From: Terriglobia bacterium
GTDB taxonomy: Bacteria; Acidobacteriota; Terriglobia; 20CM-2-55-15
Assembly: GCA_965198225.1 (NCBI GenBank)
Contig: CBDAOY010000007.1
Span: forward strand, 64,001-128,000
DNA: 64,000 nt
Reading direction: 5' to 3'
How positions within the stretch are numbered: position 1 is the stretch's first letter; each line of letters opens with the position of its first letter. The notes under the pieces were generated by a model. It saw nothing but the letters and a program-made list of their open reading frames with translations. It searched no databases and was not told where the DNA came from. The position numbers were made by a program, and so were the translations under genes. Below, piece by piece: positions 29,242 to 39,143 of the stretch.

Positions 29242-30720
29242 TTACTGGTTAGGCTCCTTGCCCACACCCTTGGCAAGGATGGTGCGAACACGACCTTCCA
29301 TCTGTTCCGCCTCCCCAACCCGCTGCATTTCGCGCAAGAGGCGGGCGAACTCCACCAGCGTCTCCGCCACCTCCGGGTGTTCTGTTCCCAGGGCCTTCTC
29401 CTGGATCGCCAAAGATTGTCGATAGAGAGGTTCCGCCTGAGCGTAGTTGCCCTGATCCTGGTAGAGTCCGGCCAAGTTGTTGAGGCTGAGGGCGACGCTG
29501 GGATGCTCGGGGCCAAGAGCTTGTCTGACGGTTTCCAGGGATCGCCGGAACAGCTCCTCGGCGCGCGCCCAGTCGCCCTGGTACTGATAGAGTGCCGCCA
29601 GGCTGTGAAGGCTCGGAACCACGTTAGGGTGCTCCCGACCCCAGACTTTCTCTCGGATTGCCAGGCTTCGTTGGTAGAGCGGCTCGGCACGGACGTAGTT
29701 GCCCTGTTCCTGATAGAACAAACCCAGATTGTTCAAGGTCACGGCGACGTTCGGGTGTTCCGGTCCGAGGCCCCTTTCCCGGATTGCCAGGGATCGCTGG
29801 TAGAGCGGCTCGGCACGGGAGTGGTAGCCCTGGTCGTGGTAGATACTGGCCAGGTTCTGAAGGGTCGGGGCCACGTCCAGGTGCTCCGGGCCAAGCGCTT
29901 TCTCCCGGATCGTCAAGGATCGCCGGTAGAGCCGCTCCGCCTCGGTGTAGTTCTTAAGGTCCTGGTAGATGCCGGCCAGGTTGTGCAGGGTCTGGGCCAG
30001 GCTGGGATGCTCCGGCCCGAGGGCTTCTTCAGTGATGGCCACGGACCGGTGGTAGAGTGGTTCAGCCTGGTCGTGTTTGCCCTGGACCTGGTAGACCAAA
30101 GCCAGGTTGTTCAGACCCTCCAGCAAGTCCGGATGTTCCGGCCCGAGGGCTTGTTCCCGGATGGTCAGAGATCGGCTGTAGAACGATTCCGCCTCCGCGT
30201 ACTTGCCTTGAGCCTGGTGAAGCTCGGCCAGATTGTCGAGGCTATCGGAGAGGTGGGAGGCTTGCAATCCGTACTCTTCCGCGTCTTTGACCGCCGCCGC
30301 AAAGAACTGCTCGGCCTCGGCAAAACGCCCCTGCCGATAAGCTGTGCGGCCCGCGTCATGCTGCTCTATCCAGCGGGTCTCTTCCTCCCTCAGCAACCGA
30401 AGGAGGACATATTCTGTGCCGACCCTTACGATTGGACTGATCTGACCCGGAGACAGGCCCGCGAGCGCATCTTGAAACTCCGTCCTGAGATTTCCGACGG
30501 GGATCCTTCCCAGGTATCCTCCCACGCCGGAGGACGAATCGACGGAATGGCTTCTCGCAAGTTCGCCAAACTGTTCTCCGTCCTGCAGTCGGGCAAGGAT
30601 CTCCCCCGCTTCAGCCTCCGTTCTAACCGCAATCAGGCGCAAGCCCGAAGGCTGTTCCTGCTGAGCGGCCGCGGCAGCGATCGACACCAAAGTGAGGACC
30701 GAAACGAGTACCCGCCTCAT
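29242..30720 (-). CDS. Exported PpiC-like domain plus 42-aa TPR repeat protein
   Basis: Signal peptide; FGELARSHSVDSS..GGYLG parvulin-like segment; repeated LGPEHPxVAxxLNNLAxLY. Confidence 0.88.
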   Translation of the reverse strand: MRRVLVSVLTLVSIAAAAAQQEQPSGLRLIAVRTEAEAGEILARLQDGEQFGELARSHSVDSSSGVGGYLGRIPVGNLRTEFQDALAGLSPGQISPIVRVGTEYVLLRLLREEETRWIEQHDAGRTAYRQGRFAEAEQFFAAAVKDAEEYGLQASHLSDSLDNLAELHQAQGKYAEAESFYSRSLTIREQALGPEHPDLLEGLNNLALVYQVQGKHDQAEPLYHRSVAITEEALGPEHPSLAQTLHNLAGIYQDLKNYTEAERLYRRSLTIREKALGPEHLDVAPTLQNLASIYHDQGYHSRAEPLYQRSLAIRERGLGPEHPNVAVTLNNLGLFYQEQGNYVRAEPLYQRSLAIREKVWGREHPNVVPSLHSLAALYQYQGDWARAEELFRRSLETVRQALGPEHPSVALSLNNLAGLYQDQGNYAQAEPLYRQSLAIQEKALGTEHPEVAETLVEFARLLREMQRVGEAEQMEGRVRTILAKGVGKEPNQ

Positions 30721-30832
30721 ACGGGCCCCCCGTTGTCTGGACGTGATCTGGCTCCAGCTCGATAAACCATTCTCGGCCCACCTTGCGACAGATTCAGCCC
30801 CGAACCCACCGCCAGCGCTCTGATGCTCGATC

Positions 30833-32524
30833 CTACGGTGTCGGTTCCCGAACGACGAGACCCGTGCCTTCGCTGATCTCCACGAATCCGTCTATGGCGA
30901 CGTCCTCGAACTTCTCCACTCGTCCGTTGGGCCAACGGATCCGGAGTTCGTCGACACGAGTGCTGTCACCCAGGCCGAAATGGACTCGCATATCGTTGTG
31001 GGACAGATAACTGCCGCCGCTCCGGACCTCGGCTGCCTGGGTCTTCCCACCCGCGTCAATCTCAACCCGTGCGCCGATTCCGTCTCCATTGCTCGTCGTG
31101 CCCACAAGCGTGAGCGTCAACCAGTGACTGACACTGGAGAGATCGTTGCGGAGTAGCGTCGGGCGATCGTCGATGTTAATGACGAGGATGTCCATGTCGC
31201 CGTCGTTGTCAAAGTCGCCAACGGCGCTGCCACGACTGGATTTTTCGACTCGGACTGCCCCTCCGATTTCTTCCGAGATTTCCTCGAATTGCCCGTTGCC
31301 AAGATTGCGGTAGACTTCCTTGGGCTGGAAATACGTCGAGCCGTTTCCGAAATTGTCGATCCCCGGATGGATGTGTCCGTTGGCCACGAAGAGGTCCAGC
31401 CGGGTGTCATTGTCGAGATCGACGAAGCTGGTTCCCCAGCCAAGATGCTGAAGCGAGGGTGCGGCCAGGCCTGCAGCAAATGTTTGATCGGTAAAGAATC
31501 CGGAACCGTCGTTCCTGTAAAGCGTATTTGTGTCGTTGGAGAAATGTGTCACGAAGATGTCGAACAAGCCGTCGTTATTGTAGTCCGCGACGTCGAGCCC
31601 CATTCCCGACTGTGGACGTCCTTCCCCGCTCAGGGCAACACCGGCAAGGAGACCCACTTCGGAAAATGTGCCGTTCTGGTTGTTCTTGAACAGGGCGTTG
31701 GGAACGGAGTCATTGGCCACAAAGATATCGAGCCACCCGTCGTCGTCGAGATCGCTGAACACGGCCCCGTAACCGTAAAGGTTGGGATCGTCGATGCCTG
31801 CCGCTTCCGTCACGTCGGTGAAAGTTCCATCGCCGTCGTTCCGGTAGAGAGCGTCGGGTTGACCCGGGAGCCCCCTGGGGCCACACATGACACGCACACC
31901 CAGGTGCTGACACGCCCCTGATGTACCCGCTTTCGGGACCGTTTTCTCATCGAATGCCAGGTAGTTGGCAACATACAAATCGAGGTCTCCGTCGCGGTCG
32001 TAGTCGCCGAATGAGCAATTCGTGCTCCACCCGGAATTACCGGTGGCTGCCGTCCCGGTGACATCTATGAACGATCCTTCGCCGTCATTTCGGTAGAGGA
32101 CGTTCGGGCCGAACGCCGTGATGTAGACGTCCCGGAATCCATCGTTGTCGTAATCGGCTACACAGACTCCCATTCCCCACCCCTTCGTGTTTAGTTGGCT
32201 CCTCGAGGTGAGGTCCGAAAATTTGCCGTGACCGTCGTTGTTGTAGAGGGCGGCCATGAGATCGCCTCCCTGCCCGATCCGCTCGAGCGTCGAGCCGTTG
32301 ACGATCAGAACGTCCATATCGCCGTCGTTATCGTAGTCAAAAAAGGCTGCCCCGTTTCCGCTCACCTCGACGATGTAGTCCTTACGGGCGGTTCCGGAGA
32401 CATTCAAGAGGGTCAAGCCCGCCTCTTGCGCTACATCGACGAATCGCGGCAAGGGATCGGTCTGAGCCGCGCCAAGCGAAGCCGCGAAACCACAACATAG
32501 CGCCCAAACCACATACGGCTTCAT
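30833..32524 (-). CDS. CRTAC1 family (FG-GAP + ASPIC/UnbV) exported protein
   Basis: Repeated DYDNDGxxDL; SRGSAVGDFDNDGD; C-terminal GGSYLSHNDMRVHFGLG. Confidence 0.92.
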   Translation of the reverse strand: MKPYVVWALCCGFAASLGAAQTDPLPRFVDVAQEAGLTLLNVSGTARKDYIVEVSGNGAAFFDYDNDGDMDVLIVNGSTLERIGQGGDLMAALYNNDGHGKFSDLTSRSQLNTKGWGMGVCVADYDNDGFRDVYITAFGPNVLYRNDGEGSFIDVTGTAATGNSGWSTNCSFGDYDRDGDLDLYVANYLAFDEKTVPKAGTSGACQHLGVRVMCGPRGLPGQPDALYRNDGDGTFTDVTEAAGIDDPNLYGYGAVFSDLDDDGWLDIFVANDSVPNALFKNNQNGTFSEVGLLAGVALSGEGRPQSGMGLDVADYNNDGLFDIFVTHFSNDTNTLYRNDGSGFFTDQTFAAGLAAPSLQHLGWGTSFVDLDNDTRLDLFVANGHIHPGIDNFGNGSTYFQPKEVYRNLGNGQFEEISEEIGGAVRVEKSSRGSAVGDFDNDGDMDILVINIDDRPTLLRNDLSSVSHWLTLTLVGTTSNGDGIGARVEIDAGGKTQAAEVRSGGSYLSHNDMRVHFGLGDSTRVDELRIRWPNGRVEKFEDVAIDGFVEISEGTGLVVREPTP

Positions 32525-32818
32525 TCTCCTGCGCACTGCTCGTTTCATTGCTAGCCTTTCAGCTTGGCGTCTCAGGTAGCCAATGGGACTCACCGCTTCT
32601 CTTTGAAACAGCGCATGGGAGGAGCGGGTTTAGCGAAGATCACTCTGTCGCACCTCCTCACTCTAATTGCTTCGTGTCGATTCAGGTTAAGAAAAAGGGA
32701 GATCTTTCCTAGTCTTCCTGGAAACCGTGGAAGTAGGCAAAGTGGTGCTGTTGAAAGAACCAATCGAGAGGGGCCGAAGATTCGCGCTCCCTGATGCCGG
32801 GGAATCTCAGGCGAATGG

Positions 32819-32850
32819 CGCGGATGGCGCGCGGCTGCGCGCCATCCGCG
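32819..32850 (-). terminator. Perfect 14-bp stem-loop after the TonB receptor gene (terminator or mRNA stabiliser)
   Basis: CGCGGATGGCGCGC-GGCT-GCGCGCCATCCGCG; no U-tract. Confidence 0.55.
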
Positions 32851-32859
32851 GAAGGGGGG

Positions 32860-35800
32860 TTAGTAGTAGTACTTTATGCCGAACTGGATCTGCCGCGCTT
32901 GGTGGGTCTGTGTGCTTCGACCGAACGCACTCGAGTTGACCCTGCTGTTGGGAACGAAGAAGTGCGCCTGGTTGAACGCATTGAAGAACTCCGCGCGGAA
33001 CTCCACGCGGTGGTTGTCTCCAATCAGCGTGTTCTTCGTCAGCGTCAGATCCCAGTTGACGAATCCCGGGGCTTTCAGGACGTTCCATCCGGAATTCCCG
33101 TTGGTGCCGTCCGCTGGCCTGGTGAAACACGATGTGTCGAACCATCGGTCCGCACTGCGCTGGCCTCGGGGAAGGACGCCGTCGCAAATCCGGTTTGGAC
33201 GTGTCGTGGATTGGCCGACGTTGGCGATATCTCCACCCCAACCGGGTGTAAAGGATTGCCCGGTCGAGAACGTGGCGATGCCCGCCACCTGCCATCCACC
33301 GAGCAGCCCATTAGCGACTCCCGAAGGGTTGGACAGGTAAGGCTTGCCCGCACCCCACGGCAGCTCGTAGGAGAAGCTGTTGACCTGCCGGTGGCGGATA
33401 TCGAAGCTCTGTTGAGCCTTTTCGAGGTGCGCGTTGTCGGGGTCTCGAGTGTCGCGGTCGCGATTGCAGCACCCGATCGCATGGGACCACGTCCAGGCGG
33501 AAACGAACGCCAGGCCCGACGAGAACCGGCGCTCCAGTTTGGTCTGCAACGAGTGGTAGGTCGAAAGACCTACCCGTTCCGTCTGGGTGATGTTGCCAAA
33601 CTCCGGAATGGGTCGGCGCGAGCTGATCGAACCGGAGCCCAGACGCGCCTGGTTGACATTGCGGCCGCGGCCGTCCAGCTTGGTCCCCTTCGTGCCGACG
33701 TAGGCGACCTCGAGCACCATGTTGCCGCCCAGCGGCCGCTGGATGCTCAGTTGCCACTGCTGCAGGTAGCCGTCGGCCTGGTCGACATCGGCCGCGCGGG
33801 CCACAATCGAGCCGCTCGCCAGAGCTGCCGGGAACGCCGTGTTGATGGGGTCCCTCAAGCTGAGAACCGGCGCTCCTGGAGGCGCATTGAAGGTCTGGGG
33901 AAGGTTCCAGGGATATGCGCGATCACGATTCGAATGGTTCTCGGCGGCGATTTCCGGCTCGGTGAAGATGCCATAACCGCCGCGTAAGACGAGGTTCAGC
34001 GCTTCCGGAGACCAGGCGAAACCGATCCGGGGCGCGAAGTTGTTCAGGTCGTTCTCATAGAGCCCCTCGGGAATCCCGAACTGGGCTCCGCCTTCGATGG
34101 TAATGGCGTTCGGTTCGCCCGTGATCGGGTCGCGGAACTGCCTCGGGCCCTCTTCCCCACCGATCACGATCTGCCGGGTCGGGATGTGGAACACCGCCAG
34201 ACCGGCGCCCTCGTCCTTCAGCACGTTGATCGAGCGGGTCTGCATCTCCCAACGCATTCCCAGGTTGAGCGTCAGGTTGGGAGCCACCTTCCAGTCGTCC
34301 TGGATGAACCCCGCGTAGGAGCGGCTGCGATTCTGGTCGTACGGATCCCCGACCACCCGCTGAGTTCGATTTGGAAAACCCATCAACACGTCGCCGAACG
34401 AGTGGCCCGTGTACCGGCCGTCAAACCGGAAATTGCCGTTCGGGCTACTGTCGATGAAGATGTTCAGCATGTACGTGCGCGCTTCGCCACCGATCTTCAG
34501 CTGGTGATTGCCGCGCGTGATTGAAAGCATGTCGGCCATGTGCCAGGTGTTGTCGAAACGCAGTTGCGCGCTGAAACTGACCCCGCCGACCGGGGCGTAC
34601 CCCGTCACGCTCATTCTCGGCCAGCCGAATCTCCTGTCGTCGGGACGGAACGAGCTCTGCACGCCGGTGACTCCCAGGGTCTTCGCGTGGTCGGTCCCGT
34701 AGAGTTCGGAGTAGATACCGCCGATCAGGCGGTTGAACCCGATTCGGGCTTCATTCACCACGGTCGGTCCGAACACGTAGGTGTCGCTCAGCGCAAAGTT
34801 GCGGCCGATCGGCTGAAAGAACGTGTTGCCGCCCCCGGGCAGGGCCCCGCGATCGAAGTTCGTCTGGATCTCGAAGGTTTCCTGCCATGTGCCGCGGTGA
34901 AAAATGCTGTGGTTGTCCGAAAAGCGATAGTCCCACTTATAGGTATACAGGTCAAAATCGGTCTGCCTTACCGAACTGGCCTCATAGTTCTGGCTACCCG
35001 CACGGTTCGGCATGGGATAGAACCCCGCCACGGCGTTTGAAATCGAGTCGATCCGATCCGCCGGAATGATGTTTCCGGGGAACGGCAGACCGGTGAGCGG
35101 ATCCGTCAACGCATCGAATCCACGCCTGAAGCTAGATTGGGAAAAGTCCCCGGCCCGTTCCGCTGCAGTGGGTACCACACGCAACGCGGTTTCCGTGCTC
35201 CGGATCCGGTTTCCCTCGTAGTTGAACATGAAGAACATCTTGTCCTTGATGATCGGGCCGCTCACGACCGTGCCGAACTGGTTGCGCTTGAAAGGCTTCT
35301 TACCCGAGGCAAAGAAATTCCGCGCGTCGAAACGGTCGTTGCGGACGAACTCGAACAACACCAGATGGAAGTCGTTGGTTCCGGATTTCGTCTGAACGTT
35401 CAACACTCCACCGCTGGCCCGGCCCAGCTCGGCGCCGTAGGTGCTGGTGGAGAGCTTGAACTCCTGGATGGCGTCTATAGACGGGATGATCACCAGCTGG
35501 GCATTGCCCGTGTCGTTGTTGTCGACACCGTCCAGCAAGAAATCGTTCTTGGAGCGGCTCACGCCGTTGGCGTAGAAGGACGGAGACTGGCGAGAGCCGC
35601 CCTGCACATCCGGCAGCACGCCGGTGGTCAGATGGGTGAGGCTCATGAAATGGCGCTGGTTGAGCGGCATATCGCTGATCGCCTTGCCGCCGATCACCTG
35701 GCCCAACACCGCCGTGTCGCTCTCGACCAGCGGGGCCTCGGCTGTCACCTCCACGACTTCGGTCACCTGCCCAACTTGCATGACGAAGTCCACACGGATC

Positions 35801-35923
35801 ACCGCCTCCACAGCCAACGTGATGCCGGATCGGACCTCCCGCCGGAAGCCCGGCAATGACGCTTCCACCTCATAACCGGCTGCCGGTGGCAGCGCCGCCA
35901 CGATGTAGGTGCCGGTCTCGTTC
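32860..35923 (-). pseudogene. TonB-dependent receptor (Oar/carboxypeptidase-regulatory type) lacking its N-terminus as assembled
   Basis: NDFLLDGVDNND, PSIDAIQEFK, C-terminal ARQIQFGIKYYY. Homology to the 49895 paralog starts abruptly at NETGTY; no signal peptide. Confidence 0.8.
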
Positions 35924-36841
35924 GGGATTCTCTTCGAGATAGGCATCGAGCTGCTCGATGGCTCGGTCGGGCTTCTGCTGTTGGACATAGACGTTGGCCA
36001 GCATGAGACGCGTCGTGGATGCCGGGTCGAGTTCGAGGGCTCGGATGAGGGCACTTTCAGCTTCGTCCAGCTGCGCCAGCTTGTACAACGCATACCCCAG
36101 GTAGTAGTGCGCGGCGGGCGAGCGCGGTTCGAGTCGTGCGGCTTCGCGCAGAACCACCTGAGCCGGCTCGAAATCACTCTGTTCCAGCCAGAGGCTCCCG
36201 ATGTTGATCAACGGTTGCGCCGCGTTCCGGTTCAGTTCATGGGCTCGCCTGAATTCGGCTTCGGCGTCCTCGAAACGGCCCGACTTCTGGTACTGAACCC
36301 CAAGGTTGTTCCGCGCCTCGTAGAAATCCGGCGCGATACGAAGAGCCTTCTCCAGCCTCTCGATGGCACGTTTCGTATCTCCCTTCGCGCTGTCTCTGAG
36401 CGACTTCTCATGTTCCTCCACGGCTTCTTCAGGATGCCGCATGGCCAGTGTCTCGACATCCACGCGATCCGGGTCCGCAGACCCGCCCCCTGTCGCGACG
36501 ACCTCGGGTATTTCGTGGAGGACGACGTCGACCCACATCTGACCCGTGACCCACACATGCTGTTTCACTTCGCGGAAACCCTCGATGTTTACATGGATGA
36601 AGGAACGTCCCCCACGGACGTTCCTGAAGATGAAGTTGCCGAAATCCAGCGTGCGCGTCGTCTGGATCGGGGTCCCATTCAAGGTCTGCAGATCGATGAG
36701 AAACTGCTGATCCGGCGCAATGCCCGACCCGAACGAAATCTTGCCTGCGACCTCCACCCCTGCCCCCTGGTGCAGAGCGGCCGCCGACGTCTGCACCACC
36801 ACGAGGAAGAGGGAGAGGAGACACATTATGGTCCGAGACAT
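35870..36841 (-). CDS. Exported carboxypeptidase-regulatory-like + TPR protein (C-terminus altered)
   Basis: Signal peptide; APDFYEARNNLG TPRs; paralog of 38129 and 53460; diverges after YLEENP. Confidence 0.82.
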   Translation of the reverse strand: MSRTIMCLLSLFLVVVQTSAAALHQGAGVEVAGKISFGSGIAPDQQFLIDLQTLNGTPIQTTRTLDFGNFIFRNVRGGRSFIHVNIEGFREVKQHVWVTGQMWVDVVLHEIPEVVATGGGSADPDRVDVETLAMRHPEEAVEEHEKSLRDSAKGDTKRAIERLEKALRIAPDFYEARNNLGVQYQKSGRFEDAEAEFRRAHELNRNAAQPLINIGSLWLEQSDFEPAQVVLREAARLEPRSPAAHYYLGYALYKLAQLDEAESALIRALELDPASTTRLMLANVYVQQQKPDRAIEQLDAYLEENPERDRHLHRGGAATGSRL

Positions 36842-36993
36842 TTTCTTATTCCTCTTGTTCTTCGGTCATCGACACCGCACCGCCCGGTGCTGCCGGACCA
36901 GGAATTGGTAGTTTCCGCGTTCGCGCGAAAAGCAGCGAGCTTCTTTGCAGGATCGCAAGACCACATCACGACGGTTCGAAAGTATTGTGGCTA

Positions 36994-37026
36994 TGCCAAA
37001 TGTCTGAGTGCCAAATGTCTGAGTGC
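36994..37026. repeat. 15-bp tandem duplication in an intergenic region
   Basis: TGCCAAATGTCTGAG x2 plus TGC. Confidence 0.8.
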
Positions 37027-37108
37027 AATACTGCATCCCTCGCCCAGCCTATTACAAGTGTTACCGTGCTCCAGGGTCGACAGGCAGAACGATTTGCCTT
37101 TCCATCGC

Positions 37109-38101
37109 CTAGGGCTGAATCAGCCGCTTGAACCCCGCATCCTCTCTGATCCCGTCAAAATCCGGATGTCTCGCAGCCAGCTCACGCCAGCCCGGAAACT
37201 TCGCGATCGCCTGTTCGAGGGATTCCACTGAGTTTGCCGCGTCCCCCGAGCGTGCGTACAGCCGTGCCAGTCCGTAGATGTACTGATCGTCATCCGGCTT
37301 GAGCGCGATGGCGTCCTTCTGAGCCTGGATGGCTTCGGGAAACTTGCCCTCGCCCGCGAGTTGGCGCGACAGCCTGGAGTGGTTGCCGGCCATCGAGATG
37401 TCGAGCAGGCGCCGCAGTTCGGCGAACGGGTCGGGGCTGTCATCCACACGGATGTCCACCCAACGGTCGGTCGTCCGGGACGGATCGTCGATCGGCTTGA
37501 CGACGAGGATCCCTCCGGACTGCATGCCTCGCGCGTCGCCTCCGGCTGCCTGACCGGCCTCGAGTGCGACCATCAGACGCTCGGCCAGTTGCCCCTGGGC
37601 GGACTCGAATGCCCGTGCCATTTCCCGGACCACCGCCTCGCCGGCAAGGATGTTGCCCTGAGCCGAAAAGTTGTCGCCTTCGATGTGTCCGGCCCAGTCG
37701 CTGCAGTCTTCACCCGTGTAGGCCTGGACCCTGCCCTCGGCATCGATGATCGCAAGCTGGCGCCGACTCCGGCCCGGGTCGGTGGAGGTCAGTTGGTCCA
37801 CCACCTGTTCGGGCGAAAGCCCCTGCTCGAGTAATCGGAGGCCTTCCGGACCGTAGGTCTGATTTGCGGCCGCCTGTGTCGCGACCGCTCCGACTCCGGC
37901 GCGGGCGTAGGAGACGATCGCACCGGCCCGAAACGCCCGGGACTGCACGGCTACGCCGAGTTCCCCGGTGGCTGGATCCCGCGCGACGATCGAAAACGTG
38001 GCGATGATCTCATCGCCGTTGGCCTCTTCGTAGCGCTGGCGGGCCGAGAGCGGTGTTGTCAGCAGCGCGCATAAGACGACCGACAGACAGATTCGCTTCA
38101 T
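37109..38101 (-). CDS. Exported DUF1028 (Ntn-hydrolase-like) protein with C-terminal TPR
   Basis: TFSIVARDPATGELGVAVQS, GAVATQA, QGNILAG, GGDARGMQS, DIRVDD. Confidence 0.9.
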   Translation of the reverse strand: MKRICLSVVLCALLTTPLSARQRYEEANGDEIIATFSIVARDPATGELGVAVQSRAFRAGAIVSYARAGVGAVATQAAANQTYGPEGLRLLEQGLSPEQVVDQLTSTDPGRSRRQLAIIDAEGRVQAYTGEDCSDWAGHIEGDNFSAQGNILAGEAVVREMARAFESAQGQLAERLMVALEAGQAAGGDARGMQSGGILVVKPIDDPSRTTDRWVDIRVDDSPDPFAELRRLLDISMAGNHSRLSRQLAGEGKFPEAIQAQKDAIALKPDDDQYIYGLARLYARSGDAANSVESLEQAIAKFPGWRELAARHPDFDGIREDAGFKRLIQP

Positions 38102-38128
38102 TCTCTTCTCCTTGCGCTTCCACGCTGC

Positions 38129-39109
38129 TCACCGGCCCCCCGGGCCCAGTTCCTTCACCATCCGGGACCGCAGGCCTTCGACAGCCTCCCGGTCCGCCCC
38201 GTCGGGGTTTTCTTCCAAGTAGGCGTCGGCCTGGGCGAGGACCTGTGCGTGATTTTCCTGCTGCAGGTAGACGTTGATGAGCATGAGTCGGATTCCCGGC
38301 GACGGATCAATCTCAATGGCCTGAGAAAGGCAGCTTGCGGCCTCGTCGAACTGCGACAGCTTGTAGAGCGCAGAACCCAGGTAGTAGAGCGCGGACGGCG
38401 AGCGCGGATCCAGGCGCACGGCTTCTCGCAGGACGACCTCAGCGGGTCGAAAATCTTCCTGCGCGAGCCAGAGGCTGCCGATGTTTATCAGAGGCTGCGC
38501 CGCATTTCGGTTGAGTTCGTGGGCCTGCCTGAACTGGGCTTCGGCTTCTTCATAACGTTCCAGTTTCTGGTACTCGATTCCGAGGTTGTTCCTTGCCTGG
38601 TAGAAGTCCGGCGCAAGATCGAGCGCCTTCTCCAACCTCTCGATGGCGCTCTCGGTGTCTCCCTTCCGGACGTCTTCAAGGGACTTCTCGTACTCGGCGA
38701 CGGCTTCTTCGGGATACTTCCTGGCCAGCGTCGCGACATCGACGACCTCCGGGCCTCCGGCGACGGCCACGTCCTCGGAGGAACCTTCTTCGCTAAGTAC
38801 GATGTCGACGTAGGTCCGGCCCGTGACCCAGACCATCTCCCGATGCTCCACAAAGCCATCGATGTCGACGTGAATGTAGTAGATCCCGCTGGCGATGTTC
38901 GCGAATCGGAAGTTGCCGCCTTCCAGCGTTCTCGTCGTTTGAATCACGATTCCCGCTTCGGACTCCAGATCCAGAAGAAACTGCTCGTCGGGCGGCATGC
39001 GGGATCCAAAACTGAGCTTGCCTTCGACGATGAGGGTTCCCTGCGTCAGGCTCGCCGCCTCCATCACGATGAAGAAAACGCAAACAAATCCAATGGTGAA
39101 TCGGGACAT
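38129..39109 (-). CDS. Exported carboxypeptidase-regulatory-like + TPR protein
   Basis: Signal peptide; GNFRFANIASGIYYIHV; TPR repeats. Confidence 0.85.
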   Translation of the reverse strand: MSRFTIGFVCVFFIVMEAASLTQGTLIVEGKLSFGSRMPPDEQFLLDLESEAGIVIQTTRTLEGGNFRFANIASGIYYIHVDIDGFVEHREMVWVTGRTYVDIVLSEEGSSEDVAVAGGPEVVDVATLARKYPEEAVAEYEKSLEDVRKGDTESAIERLEKALDLAPDFYQARNNLGIEYQKLERYEEAEAQFRQAHELNRNAAQPLINIGSLWLAQEDFRPAEVVLREAVRLDPRSPSALYYLGSALYKLSQFDEAASCLSQAIEIDPSPGIRLMLINVYLQQENHAQVLAQADAYLEENPDGADREAVEGLRSRMVKELGPGGR

Positions 39110-39143
39110 TACCTGGTCCTCTTGTTCCTCGGTGTTTGCACGC

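Noticed and set aside
29300-30260. 126-bp periodic DNA repeats
   Set aside because: Explained by the encoded 42-aa TPR repeats.
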